NCBI GenBank assembly: GCA_963844945.1
Contig: CAWJQZ010000019.1
Location: 48,775 to 112,774 of the forward strand
Source of the DNA: an uncultured Chloroflexia bacterium
GTDB taxonomy: Bacteria > Chloroflexota > Limnocylindria > Limnocylindrales > CSP1-4
Direction of reading: 5' to 3'
Length of the DNA stretch: 64,000 nucleotides
The translations under genes were made by a program, and so were the position numbers. This document shows positions 50,498 through 62,274 of this stretch, one piece after another. The number at the start of each line of letters is the position of its first letter. Within the stretch, counting starts at the first letter, position 1. The notes under the pieces are model-generated. The model had not been told where the DNA came from. It did not search any database and saw nothing but the letters and a program-made list of their open reading frames with translations.

Positions 50498-50560
50498 GCT
50501 GGATGGCTCGTGTTCGAGACCCTCTCCCGCTCCATCTCCTCCGGTCCGTTCACGACCGAT
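50498..50560 (+). repeat. terminal degenerate tRNA-Gly 3-prime-end copy G (T-arm plus acceptor only), candidate distal island boundary
   Basis: GCTGGATGGCTCGTGTTCGAGACCCTCTCCCGCTCCATCTCCTCCGGTCCGTTCACGACC aligns to GCTGAATGTCGCGGGTTCGAGACCCGTCTCCCGCTCCACTTCCCCGGTTCGTGCTCAGCACGAC. Confidence 0.55.
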
Positions 50561-50691
50561 GCCTCTAGTCCTTCCGGGCGGCGCACGCCACTCTCTGCCC
50601 GTGTGCGCGGGGCTGCCACACGGCGTCCACTCCCCGGCGGCCGCGCGGACCATCCGGTCCCACGGTCGGCTCGACGCCAAGGGAGGATCCG

Positions 50692-51723
50692 ATGGAGACG
50701 CCCCACTCGCCCCTCGACTCCGGTCCGGCCCCCAACTGGGGCTATCGGGCGCAGGGGTTCGGCAATCTCCTGCGGATGGGCCACTGCGCCCCGACCGTCA
50801 TGCAGACCCTCCTGGACGTCTCGTCGACGGACGAGGAATGGCTGGTCCGGCTGAGCGCAGGCATGCCCGGGGGCATCGGCAACACCGGGCACGAGTGCGG
50901 GGCGGTCACCTCGCCCCTCGTGATGCTCGGGATCCGGGATGGTCTGCGTGAGGTCGATGATGGCCTCCCGGTGATCTTCGACAAGGGGCACGCGCTGTGC
51001 GGCACCTTCCTCGCCTGCCACGGCACGCTTCAGTGCAAGGAGATCCGGAGGAAGGACCACTTCCCGCGGCACTGCATCGGGCCGGTCCTCCGCGCCCCGG
51101 AGCTCTACGTGGATGCCCTCGGCGGCGACCAGCGGGCCGCGATCCCGCCAGCCACGCGGGCGGGCTACGCGCGGCTGTACTCGCACATGGTCGAGAACGA
51201 CTTCCACTGCGCGCAGTCCGTGCTCACCGATCTCGGCTACACCCCCGCCGAAGACCGGGAGCTCTTCGACGGCACGTCGGCCTTCATGGGCGGGACCGCG
51301 TTCATGGGCAGGACCTGCAGCGCGTTCACGGCGGGCGTGATGGCGCTCGGCCTCGCGGCCGGCGAGATCGAGGACAGCCGCCTGCGCGTCATCCGCCTGC
51401 TCGGGATCATGACGGTCGGCGGAGATGCCTTCGACGATCGCCTCAACAGGTTCAACCCCAGCATGAACCGCGGGTATCGACTCTCGAAGTGGTTCGCCGG
51501 CGAGTTCGGTAGCACCCAGTGCCAGGCGATCACCGGATGCGACTTCGCCGACCCCGCGGGCGTCTCCGACTTCATCGAGGGCGACCGGATCGCGAGGTGC
51601 AGGGCGATCGGCTGTCGGGTCGCCGAGCAGGTCCGGACGATGCTGACCGAGACGAGCGGGCGCGCCGCCGCTCCCCGGAAGGGCCGGGACGGCACTTCGC
51701 CGGGTCGTGCCGGCGTCGCGTGA
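50692..51723 (+). CDS. C_GCAxxG_C_C-family putative redox-active protein (two tandem domains)
   Basis: MGHCAPTVMQ..., GHECGAVTSPLVMLG..., C..GTFLACHG and a second copy CSAFTAGVMALGLA...QCQAITGC. Family assignment is from motif recall only. Confidence 0.5.
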   Translation: METPHSPLDSGPAPNWGYRAQGFGNLLRMGHCAPTVMQTLLDVSSTDEEWLVRLSAGMPGGIGNTGHECGAVTSPLVMLGIRDGLREVDDGLPVIFDKGHALCGTFLACHGTLQCKEIRRKDHFPRHCIGPVLRAPELYVDALGGDQRAAIPPATRAGYARLYSHMVENDFHCAQSVLTDLGYTPAEDRELFDGTSAFMGGTAFMGRTCSAFTAGVMALGLAAGEIEDSRLRVIRLLGIMTVGGDAFDDRLNRFNPSMNRGYRLSKWFAGEFGSTQCQAITGCDFADPAGVSDFIEGDRIARCRAIGCRVAEQVRTMLTETSGRAAAPRKGRDGTSPGRAGVA

Positions 51724-52256
51724 TGGGCCAGGTGATGCGCATGGGTCGCACTCGCTCCGTCCCTGTTCCGGCTGGGCTCCCGGCGGGGGTGCTCGCCACG
51801 GTGGGCATGGACGCCGCCATCGTGGCCGCGAGCGTCATCGGGGGGCGCGCGTTCACCTCCGAACGAACGGACGTCGATGTGATCGGCCGGTGGGTGGCCG
51901 GCCTGCTGCGCGGCCAGTGGCGCCGCGACGACATCGCGAGCGAGCCGCCGGTACGCGGGGAGGTCGCCCTGGGCTTCCTCACGCACTACGCCACGGGGTT
52001 CCTCCTCACCCAGGCGTTCCTGCTGCTCCCGCGGCGTGGGGACGGGCGACCCACGTTCCTCGGAGGGACGGCGTACGGCATCGCAACGGCCGTGCTGCCG
52101 CTCCTCGTCATGTTCCCGTCGATGGGCTACGGCTGGTTCGCCCTCCACTCCGGCGAGGCCGCCCGGGTGGACCGGATCATGCTCGTCGGTCACACCGCGT
52201 TCGGCGTCGGGATCGGGCTGTGGGCGCCGCGGTTCGCGGCGCGCGGGTCTCGCTAG
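51723..52256 (+). CDS. DUF2938-like membrane protein
   Basis: ATGA overlap with the upstream gene. 4 TM helices (VLATVGMDAAIVAASVIGG, LGFLTHYATGFLLTQAFLLL, ...). Confidence 0.45.
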   Translation: MGQVMRMGRTRSVPVPAGLPAGVLATVGMDAAIVAASVIGGRAFTSERTDVDVIGRWVAGLLRGQWRRDDIASEPPVRGEVALGFLTHYATGFLLTQAFLLLPRRGDGRPTFLGGTAYGIATAVLPLLVMFPSMGYGWFALHSGEAARVDRIMLVGHTAFGVGIGLWAPRFAARGSR

Positions 52257-52286
52257 CGCCCCGGCCCCGCCTGCCGACGCGGCGCG

Positions 52287-53435
52287 TCAGGCAGGTGCGG
52301 GCCCGGTGCTCTCCCGGATCGCGAGGATGCAGGGCACCTCGACGATGGTCGCATCGGGCGCGGGGTCGCCCCGGTCGAACGCCTCGATCCGCTGCTGGAT
52401 CCGCTCCACCGCCCACGTCGCCATCTCGGCGACCGGCTGTGCCACGGTCGTGAGCGCCGGCTCGAGCATCGACGCGAGCGGGACGTCGTCGAAGCCCACG
52501 ACGCTCAGGTCGCGCGGGACGACGAGGCCGGCGGCGCGGGCGGCCTTCAACGCCCCCGCCGCCACGAGGTCGTTGTAGCAGATGAGGCCGGTCGGCCTGG
52601 GCGACCGCGCGAGGAGCTCCGCCGCCGCGGCGGCCCCCGACGCGAAGTCCCCGTCGCTGTGCGCGACCGCGAGCGCTTCCGGCGGCAGCCCCGCCGCCGC
52701 CACGGCGTCGCGGACCCCGGAGCGGCGCTCGCTGGTGGCGGCGCTGCGGGCCGGCCCGGCGATCTCGCCCAGGCGCCGGTGGCCCAGGGCGACGAGGTGC
52801 TCGACCGCGAGGCGCGCCCCCTGGCGGCTCGCCGCGAGGATCGCCGGGAGCGGGACGTCCGGCGCCTTGCACGAGAGCAGGACGACCTCCACGGGCGCCT
52901 GGGCGAGCCAGTCGATGTGCCGCGCCGTGATCCCCCACGACGCCACGAGGATCCCGTCCACGCGCCGCTCCGCCAGCAGGTCGAGGTAGCTCGCCTCCCG
53001 CTGGGCCTCGCCCGCGCCGTTCGCGAGGATGATCGTGTAGCCGCGGGCCTGCGCGGCGGACTCCACGGCACGGCCGAGCTCCGCGTAGAAGGCCTGCGAG
53101 AGGTCGGTCATGATCAGTCCGAGGGTCCGCGTGCGGCTCCCCGCCAGGGCGCGCGCAGGTCCCGACGGCCGGTAGCTGAGCGCCCCCACGGCCTCGAGTA
53201 CGCGCCGTTCCGTCTCCGGGCGGACGGCCTTGGAGGCCGACAGGACGCGCGAGACGGTGGCCGTGGAGACCCCGGCCATCCCGGCCACGTCGCGGATCGT
53301 GGGCGCCCACCCGCCGGTGCGCGTGGGCCGGCTCCGACGTCGTCGCGGGGTGTCCCGGTCGGCCGCGCCAGCGGCATCCGCGGGGCCGCGCTGCTCGTCC
53401 GCCCCAGGGGCGTCGACCGATGCGACGCGCCCCAT
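52287..53435 (-). CDS. LacI-family transcriptional regulator (likely repressor of the adjacent inositol genes)
   Basis: PTIRDVAGMAGVSTATVSRVLS (LacI HTH) plus a periplasmic-binding-protein-like core. The true start may be internal near 53300. Confidence 0.8.
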   Translation of the reverse strand: MGRVASVDAPGADEQRGPADAAGAADRDTPRRRRSRPTRTGGWAPTIRDVAGMAGVSTATVSRVLSASKAVRPETERRVLEAVGALSYRPSGPARALAGSRTRTLGLIMTDLSQAFYAELGRAVESAAQARGYTIILANGAGEAQREASYLDLLAERRVDGILVASWGITARHIDWLAQAPVEVVLLSCKAPDVPLPAILAASRQGARLAVEHLVALGHRRLGEIAGPARSAATSERRSGVRDAVAAAGLPPEALAVAHSDGDFASGAAAAAELLARSPRPTGLICYNDLVAAGALKAARAAGLVVPRDLSVVGFDDVPLASMLEPALTTVAQPVAEMATWAVERIQQRIEAFDRGDPAPDATIVEVPCILAIRESTGPAPA

Positions 53436-53521
53436 GAGGCCTCCTGCAGCACCCGGCCGACCCTTCACACCCGTCCCTCGTCGTGACGCTCCGCGCGCGC
53501 TGCGCGTGCGCCCTTGCATTC

Positions 53522-53546
53522 GGAGAGGTAAACGCTTACATTCTCC
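53522..53546. promoter_or_regulatory. candidate LacI-family operator (near-consensus TGTAAACG-CTTACA core inside a 25-bp palindrome) between the LacI gene and iolD
   Basis: GGAGAGGTAAACGCTTACATTCTCC. The core 13/14 matches the generic LacI-family palindrome TGTAAACGTTTACA. The outer arms GGAGA/TCTCC are complementary. Confidence 0.45.
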
Positions 53547-53648
53547 GCACCGGACACGATAAGCGCGTGTTCGCGTTTCGTCCAGAGCCCGTGGCGGCGC
53601 GATGCCGATGCCGGGGCGGGAGCGATCCACCAGGTTGGAGGGCTCGGG

Positions 53649-55534
<1,886 letters not shown>

Positions 55535-55538
<4 letters not shown>

Positions 55539-56412
55539 ACCGCATCGGGACGGCGGTCGTCAACTGGAACACCCCCGACATCCCGGAGATCTTCCCGTGG
55601 ATGCCGTACGGCGACGCCCTGGACCACATGGTGGAGACCGGGTACGACGCCACCGAGTGGGGTCCGAGCATGCCCACGGACCCCGTCGAGCTCGACGAGG
55701 CCCTTCGGTCGCGCGGCCTCGGCATGATCGGCGCGTTCGTGGGCCTCGGGTTCCGCGACCCGGCCGCCTACGACGCGGAGATGGCGAAGGCGATGGGGAT
55801 CGTGGAGCGCGTCCACGCCACCGGTGGCCGTCTCCTCATCGCCGCGGAGGCCGGGGACGACCGCCGCCGCGGCGAGGCCGGCCACGTGGACGAGTCCCGC
55901 GGGCTGACCGACGAGCAGTGGCGGAACCTCGCGTCCGGCCTCCACGACCTCGCCGATCGGATCGCGCCGCTGGGCATGTCGGTCGTCTTCCACAACCACG
56001 TGGGGACGTACGTCGAGACGCCCGCGGAGACCGCGCGCCTGCTCGACGAGACGGACCCGGCGAAGGTCGGCTGGTGCCTGGACATCGGCCACCTCGCGTT
56101 CGGCGGGGGCGACGCGATCGCGATGCTGCCGCGCTACGCCGACCGCGTGGGCCACGTCCACGTGAAGGACGTGGACGGCGACGATCCTCGCGCACGCGAA
56201 GGCGGAGGAGTGGAGCTTCGGGCAGGCGCTCGCGCACTACATCTTCCCGTCGCTGGGGCAGGGGATCGCGCACATCCCGGAGGTCGTCGGCGCGCTCCAG
56301 GCGCAGGGCTACGACGGCTGGTACGTCATCGAGCAGGACACCTCGCCCGACCCGACCGGGGTCGCGCGCGAGAACCGGCTCTACCTGGAGGGCCTGCTCG
56401 CGTCCGTCGACT
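55535..56412 (+). CDS. iolE: inosose dehydratase-like sugar phosphate isomerase/epimerase (xylose isomerase-like TIM barrel); one frame disruption near 56190
   Basis: MNRIGTAVVNWNTPDIPEIFP..., VGWCLDIGHLAFGGGD, C-terminal GYDGWYVIEQD. Confidence 0.65.
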
Positions 56413-56468
56413 GACGCGCGAGCCGTTCGCGCGGCCGGGATCCCGCCCGGCGCGCAGAAAGAGGACGC

Positions 56469-57512
56469 ATGACCAGCTGGAAGCCCCGTGACCCGAACAG
56501 CATCGGCGTCGCGTGCCTCGGCTCGGGCCGGATGGGGATCACGCACGTCCGCAACACCGCGGCCGTGCCGAATGTCCGCGTCGTCGTCGTCGCGGACCCG
56601 AGCCCGGAGAACGCCGCCCGCGGCAAGGCGGTCGCGAACGCGGACCGGTCGGTCGCCGACCCGTTCGAGGCGATCGCGGACCCCGACGTCGAGGCGGTCG
56701 TCATCTCGACGCCCACGGACACCCACGCACCGCTCATCGAGGCCGCCCTCAAGGCCGGCAAGGCGATCTGGAGCGAGAAGCCGATCGCCCAGGAGATCGC
56801 CGAGACGAAGCGGATCGTGGACCTCTGGCGCGACGCGGACATCCCGGTCCAGATCGGGTTCATGCGCCGCTTCGACCCCGGCTACGTCCGTGCGAAGCAG
56901 CTGATCGACGCCGGGGAGCTCGGCCGGATCGAGCAGTTCCGCGCCCTCTCGCGCGACACGTTCCCGCCCCCGCTCGAGTACCTGCTCTCCTGCGGCGGAT
57001 CGTTCCTGGACATGTCCGTCCACGACCTCGACCTCGCGCGCTTCCTCGTCGGCGAGGTGGACGAGGTCCACGCGTGGGCCTCGGTCCTCTTCGACGACCG
57101 GTTCGCGCAGGCGAACGACTGGGACACCTCGCTCACCGTCCTGCGGTTCCGCAACGGCGCGCTCGGCGTCCTCGAGACCGCCCGGCACTCGGAGTGGGGC
57201 TACGACATCCGCACGGAGGTCGCCGGCGCGAAGGCGAAGGTCGTCGTCGACGGCGCCCAGAAGACCCCCGCGACCGTGTCGGGCACGATCGACGGCGAGT
57301 TCAGCTCGAAGGGCGACCTCTACGCGAGCTTCCCCGACCGCTTCGAGGTCGCGTACCGCCGCGAGATCGAGGTCTTCTTCGAGGACCTCGCGGCCGGCCG
57401 GCCGGTGGGCCCCGGTCCCGACGACGCCCTCGAGACGCTGCGCCTCGCCGTCGCCGCCACGCGATCGTGGCGCGAGGGGCGGGCCGTGAAGGTGGACGAG
57501 ATCGTCGCCTGA
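56469..57512 (+). CDS. iolG: myo-inositol 2-dehydrogenase (Gfo/Idh/MocA family)
   Basis: Intact. IGVACLGSGRMGITHV, WSEKPIAQEIAETKRIVDL. Confidence 0.75.
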   Translation: MTSWKPRDPNSIGVACLGSGRMGITHVRNTAAVPNVRVVVVADPSPENAARGKAVANADRSVADPFEAIADPDVEAVVISTPTDTHAPLIEAALKAGKAIWSEKPIAQEIAETKRIVDLWRDADIPVQIGFMRRFDPGYVRAKQLIDAGELGRIEQFRALSRDTFPPPLEYLLSCGGSFLDMSVHDLDLARFLVGEVDEVHAWASVLFDDRFAQANDWDTSLTVLRFRNGALGVLETARHSEWGYDIRTEVAGAKAKVVVDGAQKTPATVSGTIDGEFSSKGDLYASFPDRFEVAYRREIEVFFEDLAAGRPVGPGPDDALETLRLAVAATRSWREGRAVKVDEIVA

Positions 57513-57597
57513 GGCGGGGTCGGCGGCCGGCCCTGCCTTCGGACGCTGCCGGCGGGCCTCTGCGTCCGGAGCACTGCCCGGCGGCGCGCCGCCGGGC

Positions 57598-58714
57598 TCA
57601 GGGGCGGGCGTCGGCGAGCCTCGCGGGCAGGCCGAGGAACGCGCCGTACGCGTCGGCTGCGCGCGCCAGCCCCGCGAGGTGGGCCCGCGAGAGCCGCCCG
57701 AAGGGGGCCGGCTCCACGACGACCTCGCGCCTCCCGGCCGTGCGCCGCCACGTGCCCACGACCTCGCCGTCGGCGACGATCGTGGCCTTGAACATCCCGT
57801 TCCCGCCCGGGATGATCGCGTCGAAGCGCTCCGGCGCCAGGACCGCGCTCCGGTCGCGGTACCCGAGGATGTACTCGTCGAAGCCGGGCAGCAGGTGGAC
57901 GCTCGAGGGGGGCGGGGGAGCGTCGAGCGTCTCGGGCGCGACCAGGTACGTCGTCCCGTCCACCTCCATCGTCGCGATCCGGTCGCCCGCGACCGAGATC
58001 CCGCGACGCACGTCCGCCATCGTGAGGCCGCACCAGCGGGCGAGGTCGGCCGTCGTGGCGGGCCCGTGGCTCCGGACGTACCGGCTCGCGAGCTCGCCCA
58101 GCGCCTCGTCGCGCTCGGGTCGCCGGGGGTGCGGGACCCACTCGTCGAGCAGCACGAACATCTGCCGTCCGCCGTCCGCGGGCCCCATGACGAGGGTGCC
58201 CGTCTGCGCCAGGTACCAGAGGATGTGATAGCCGCGCTGCCCCTCGGTGCTCACGCCGCCCGCGGCGATCGCCGCGAGGAGGGCGTCGCGGGTCAGCCGC
58301 CGTCCGCCCGCGAGCGAGGCGATCGACACCTCGCGCGCTCGCTCGACGTCCGCCTCGTCGATCCCGAGCGCCGCGCGCCGGGACGCGACCGAGGCGACCG
58401 ACCGCGGCGTCGTCAGCGCCAGCAGCCACGCCGCATCCTCGGCGGGGACCACGTGCAGCGTCCCGCGCATCGGCCAGGTCCGGACCACCTCCCCGGCGTC
58501 GCACGCGGCGTCGACCGTCGCCCCCGTGGCACCGGGAGAGCGCAGACCGATCGACCAGCGAGCTCCCGGCCAGTCCTGCGCCTGCATCGCGAGCATCCAC
58601 CGGACCGCGTCGGCGGGCGTGGGCGGGCCGGGCACGGCGATGCGCTGGGCGACCAGCCGGAGGGTCGCGAGGCGATGCCGGCCCCGGCCGGCCGCGGTGG
58701 CGGACACCCCCGCA
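57598..58714 (-). CDS. winged-helix DNA-binding domain protein (YcaQ/DUF1006-like)
   Basis: WPMRGTLHVVPAEDAAWLLALT, HLLPGFDEYILGYRDRSAVL, conserved in the YcaQ family. Confidence 0.55.
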
Positions 58715-58736
58715 GTATCCGTCGAGCGCGCGGCGC

Positions 58737-59810
58737 TCAGGCGGGCGGTCCCAGCGCGCTCCAGTCGATCAGCGGCTGCACCGCCTTGGCGAGCGCCGGC
58801 TCCGCCTCCGCGATCTCGGTCGCCATCGTGCTCAGGGTGCGGGAGGGATCGGGCCCGAGGTCCACCGGCTCGAACGTGACGCTCGCGACCGTCCCGTCCC
58901 CCAGCTCGAGGGTCGAGAGGTGGCGGGCGAGCGGGCCCAGCACGTGCTTCATGAGCCCGTACAGGGGCCGGACGAGGATGCCCTTCTCGTCGACCGGCTG
59001 GTAGAGCGCATCGAGGACGCGGAAGATCGCCTGGTACGACGCGTTCGCGAGGGTCGCGATCCGGGCCACGTCCGCCGGGTAGTCGGCGACGCGCGGGTCG
59101 GTCCGGACCGGGAGGACCTCGCCGATGTCCACCCTGCCGTCCGCGATGCGCAGGAGCTTGGCGTAGTGCGTGAGCTCCTGGTGGTCGGGGTCCGCCCACC
59201 GGTGCTCGCCCAGCCCTTCGCCCTGATGGACGATGACCTCGATCGCCGCGCGGGCGCTCGCGAGGTCCGTGACCATGACCAGGTCGCCGCTGTCGGCCGC
59301 GTCGAACTCCACCGGCCCGTAGAAGTGCCCGCCGGCGAGCTGGCGGTGCTCGCTCCCGGAGACGAACAGCGGCCCCGCTGCGGAGAGACGTTCGAACGCC
59401 GTCTCGATCGCGCCGTAGAACTGGCCCAGCGAGTGGTACTCGTCGTCCTCCGGCGGGGCGTTCCGCGCGCCCGGTCGCTCGATGACCATGAAGGTCGACC
59501 GGACGGCCGCGACCGACATCGGGACAAGGTGGAGCGGAAGCTCGGGCTTGTGGTGGGCGAGCCTGCCCGGGTATGCCGGCTGGAGCCCGGGATCCAGGAA
59601 GTCGGGCTCCCCGCCGATCGCCGCCAGCAGGTTCGCCGCGAGCGCGAGGTGGAGCATCTCCTCGGCGACGATGCTCAGGATCAGGCGCGCCGACTCGGCA
59701 TGCGGGTCGGCGATCGAGTACATCGCGTACAGGTAGGGCGGGATCGTCGAGAGCTCCACCTGCATGGCGACCTTCAGGTGGTCGCGCAGGTCCTCGGTCG
59801 TCGTGATCAC
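58737..59810 (-). CDS. ferritin-like domain protein
   Basis: Intact 357 aa. VELSTIPPYLYAMYSI...IVAEEMLHLALAANLL (di-iron ferritin-like helices). Confidence 0.55.
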   Translation of the reverse strand: MITTTEDLRDHLKVAMQVELSTIPPYLYAMYSIADPHAESARLILSIVAEEMLHLALAANLLAAIGGEPDFLDPGLQPAYPGRLAHHKPELPLHLVPMSVAAVRSTFMVIERPGARNAPPEDDEYHSLGQFYGAIETAFERLSAAGPLFVSGSEHRQLAGGHFYGPVEFDAADSGDLVMVTDLASARAAIEVIVHQGEGLGEHRWADPDHQELTHYAKLLRIADGRVDIGEVLPVRTDPRVADYPADVARIATLANASYQAIFRVLDALYQPVDEKGILVRPLYGLMKHVLGPLARHLSTLELGDGTVASVTFEPVDLGPDPSRTLSTMATEIAEAEPALAKAVQPLIDWSALGPPA

Positions 59811-59889
59811 GTCGGCGTCGTCCCTCTCCGACGGCTCGTCGCGTCCCCCGCGGTCGAGCCGTCGGGCCGGCCGCGCACGTCCCGCTCGG

Positions 59890-61969
59890 TCAGGCGCCCG
59901 TCGGTCCGGCCTCCGCCATCTCGAGGCCGGCCTCCTCGAGCTCGACCTCCGCCTCGCCTCGGTCGCGGTGCCGGAAGTACAGCCACATCGCGATGGTGAC
60001 TCCCATGAAGAGGAAGAGCGAGGTGATCAGGATCCTCAGGCTGGTCTGGCCGAACGCGTCCGCGTAGGCCTCGTCGCGGTTCAGCAGCAGCTGGCACCAG
60101 AGGAACATCGCGGACCCGAAGAGGAAGGCCCACACCCACTTGTTCCACCGCATGACGGCGGCGCCGTTCATGAACCGGAGCGGGAGCATGGTGAAGACGA
60201 ACCCCTCGAGGCCGACGATGAAGACGACCGCGAGCACCGACTCCACGAAGGAGTCACCCAGGTGCTCCAGGTTCGCGTGCTTGCTCGCCTCGCCGAGAAG
60301 GAGGAATGCGCCGAGCGAGAGGAAGAGCAGGGCGAACGACGGCCAGAAGACGAGCTGGGCCTCGTCCTTCCTGCTGAGCGCGATCGGCCTGAGGATGAAG
60401 CTCGAGGCGACGAACCCGAACACGAGGCCCGGGGCGAGGCCCATCGCCCGGGAGATCACGACCGCACCGACCGCGACGATCACGGCCGTCCCGTACATCC
60501 GGACGGTCGCCGGGACGCCGTAGCGCTTGCGCACGAGGAGGGCACGCAGGCCCTGCGTCATGTACGTGATCAGGCCGATGCCGACGATGAACGACAGCAC
60601 GAGGACCAGGCCGCGCTCGTCGAAGGTGAACTCGCGGGCGAGGAACCCGTAGATGAAGCCCACGGCGACCAGGATCCCGAGCGCGTGGAAGAAGGTCTGC
60701 AGGCGTGCGTGGCTGCTCCCGATGTTGTCCACGTACGCGGCCCCCGCGAGGACCGGGGCGAGCAGCCGCGCCGGGCCCGCGGTGAGACGGGACCACGTCG
60801 CGCCGAGCGTGCGCCGGTTCTCGTCGATCGTGGCGTTGAAGATCTCGGCCGTGATCCCGAAGAGCAGCACGAAGAGGGCGGAGAGCCCGGCGTTCGTCGC
60901 GACGACCTCTGGCTTGAAGCTCAGGGCGTCCGGGCACGGGAGCGCGGACATGAGACTCGAGAGATAGGGGCTGGACCCCCAGCCGGCGCACGGGGAGGCG
61001 GGCGGCGGGGGCGGCGGCGCGATCGCGGCGGGCGGCACGGGCGCCGGCGGGCTGGCGGTGGGCGACGGCGCGCTGACGATCGCGAGGACCTCACCGGTCG
61101 GCGTCGGGCTCGGCGTCGGGGTCGGGCGTCGCGGACGGGCTCGGCGTGGGCGCGGGCGGCCGGCGCGGCGGCGCGGGCGGCGGCGGCGCCGGACCGCTCA
61201 CGACGCCCAGGACCGCGCTGGTCGGGGCGGCCGTGGGGGTGGGCGAAGGCGTCGGCGTCGGCGTGGGGGTGGGTGTCGGTGTCGGTGTCGGCGTGGGGGT
61301 GGGGGTGGGCGCCGGCGTGGGCCGCTGTGTCGGCGCCGGCGTGGGCCGCTGTGTCGGCGCCGGCGTGGGCTCGAGGCGTGGCCGTCGGGCGTGGGCCGAG
61401 GCGTCGGCGTGGGCCGAGGCGTGGCCGTGGGCGTGGGCCGCGGGGTCGGCGTGGGCCGAGGTGTCGGCGGCGGCGTGGGCGGCGGCGTCGACCGCGGGGT
61501 CGGCGTGGCCGTCGGCGTCGGTGCCGGCGTTGCCGTCGGCGTGGGCTCCGGCGTGGCCGTCGGCGCCGGAGTGGGCGTCGGGCACTCGTCGTCGCCGTCG
61601 AGAGCGGTCGGGGTGTCCCCTTCGCCACCCTCACCGCACTCGTCGGGAGAGGGCGTCGGGTGCGGCGTCGCCGAGGGGCGCGGGGTGTGCGTGGGCTCCG
61701 GCGTCTCGGTGGGCTTCGGCGAGTGGGTGGGCCTGGGCGTGCCGGTCGCCTCCGGCGTCTCGTCCGCGTCCAGTGGGGCGGGCGCCAGGACCGGCGCGGA
61801 CTCCGCCCGTCACCAGGACCGATCCGGCGGGGACGCCGGCGGCGGATGCCGTCGAGGAGAACGCGAGGCCGGCGCTCAGGACGATGCCGACGATGGCGAG
61901 CACCGCGACTGCGCTGGACAGCGCCGCCCGGTGCGTGCGCCTGTGGCGACGCCGGCTACCACTCCTCAT
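59890..61969 (-). CDS. membrane protein with N-terminal signal/TM, His/Asp/Ala-rich repeat region, Pro/Thr linker and C-terminal polytopic domain (at least 2 frame disruptions in the repeat DNA)
   Basis: 61969 leftward: [37 protein letters not shown]. Then [17 protein letters not shown]...[23 protein letters not shown], then (PT)n. Then 61038-59890 polytopic membrane ORF ([13 protein letters not shown]..., 8-9 TM). Confidence 0.45.
61060..61620. repeat. low-complexity hexanucleotide repeat tract (GTGGGC/GTCGGC/GTGTCG)n with a 24-bp perfect tandem duplication (61311-61358)
   Basis: Runs of GTGTCGGTGTCGGTGTCGGCGTGGGGGTGGGGGTGGGC, and GCCGGCGTGGGCCGCTGTGTCGGC repeated twice in tandem. Encodes the His/Ala/Asp and Pro/Thr repeats on the minus strand. 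Confidence 0.8.
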
Positions 61970-62274
61970 GTCTCCCCCCGGAGGCGTGTCGTGCGATGTC
62001 AGCCGATCAGGCGTCCCGGGCAGGAGAGGAGTTCACGCATGGCCACCGCCCCGGCCGGTTCGACGTGGGACGCGTCGGAACGTAGTGTGGAGTGTCGGTC
62101 GCGATGGCGGCCTTGTCAACTGCTGCGGAACAAATGACCCGCCACTTGTCAAGGGCCTATCGGGGGTAATCGGGTCCTGCAGAATGTACTAGAGCCGGGA
62201 CGACGTGACGAACCCCCGGGACGGCCGTCCCGGGGGTTCGTCAGGCGAGGTCGGTGGCCCTGCCGCCGTCCGCG

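Noticed and set aside
22487-50560. Classical integron (intI plus attC cassette array)
   Set aside because: There is no integron integrase or attI in the window. Segments are multigene with mixed orientation and their own regulators. The repeats are tRNA-derived rather than attC-like imperfect palindromes. The cassette-array idea is kept only as an alternative inside the island finding.
22487-50560. Prophage or ICE
   Set aside because: No terminase, portal, capsid or tail genes, and no relaxase, T4SS or integrase genes are recognisable. Only a YhgE/Pip-like host protein at 62.3-64 kb, which is not a phage gene.
59764-62192. 773-aa plus-strand ORF and Gly/Val/Ala-rich plus-strand ORFs (61058-62192) across the hexanucleotide-repeat region
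   Set aside because: They are antisense translations of the His/Ala/Asp and Pro/Thr repeat-coding DNA and of the membrane protein. There is no start context or domain.
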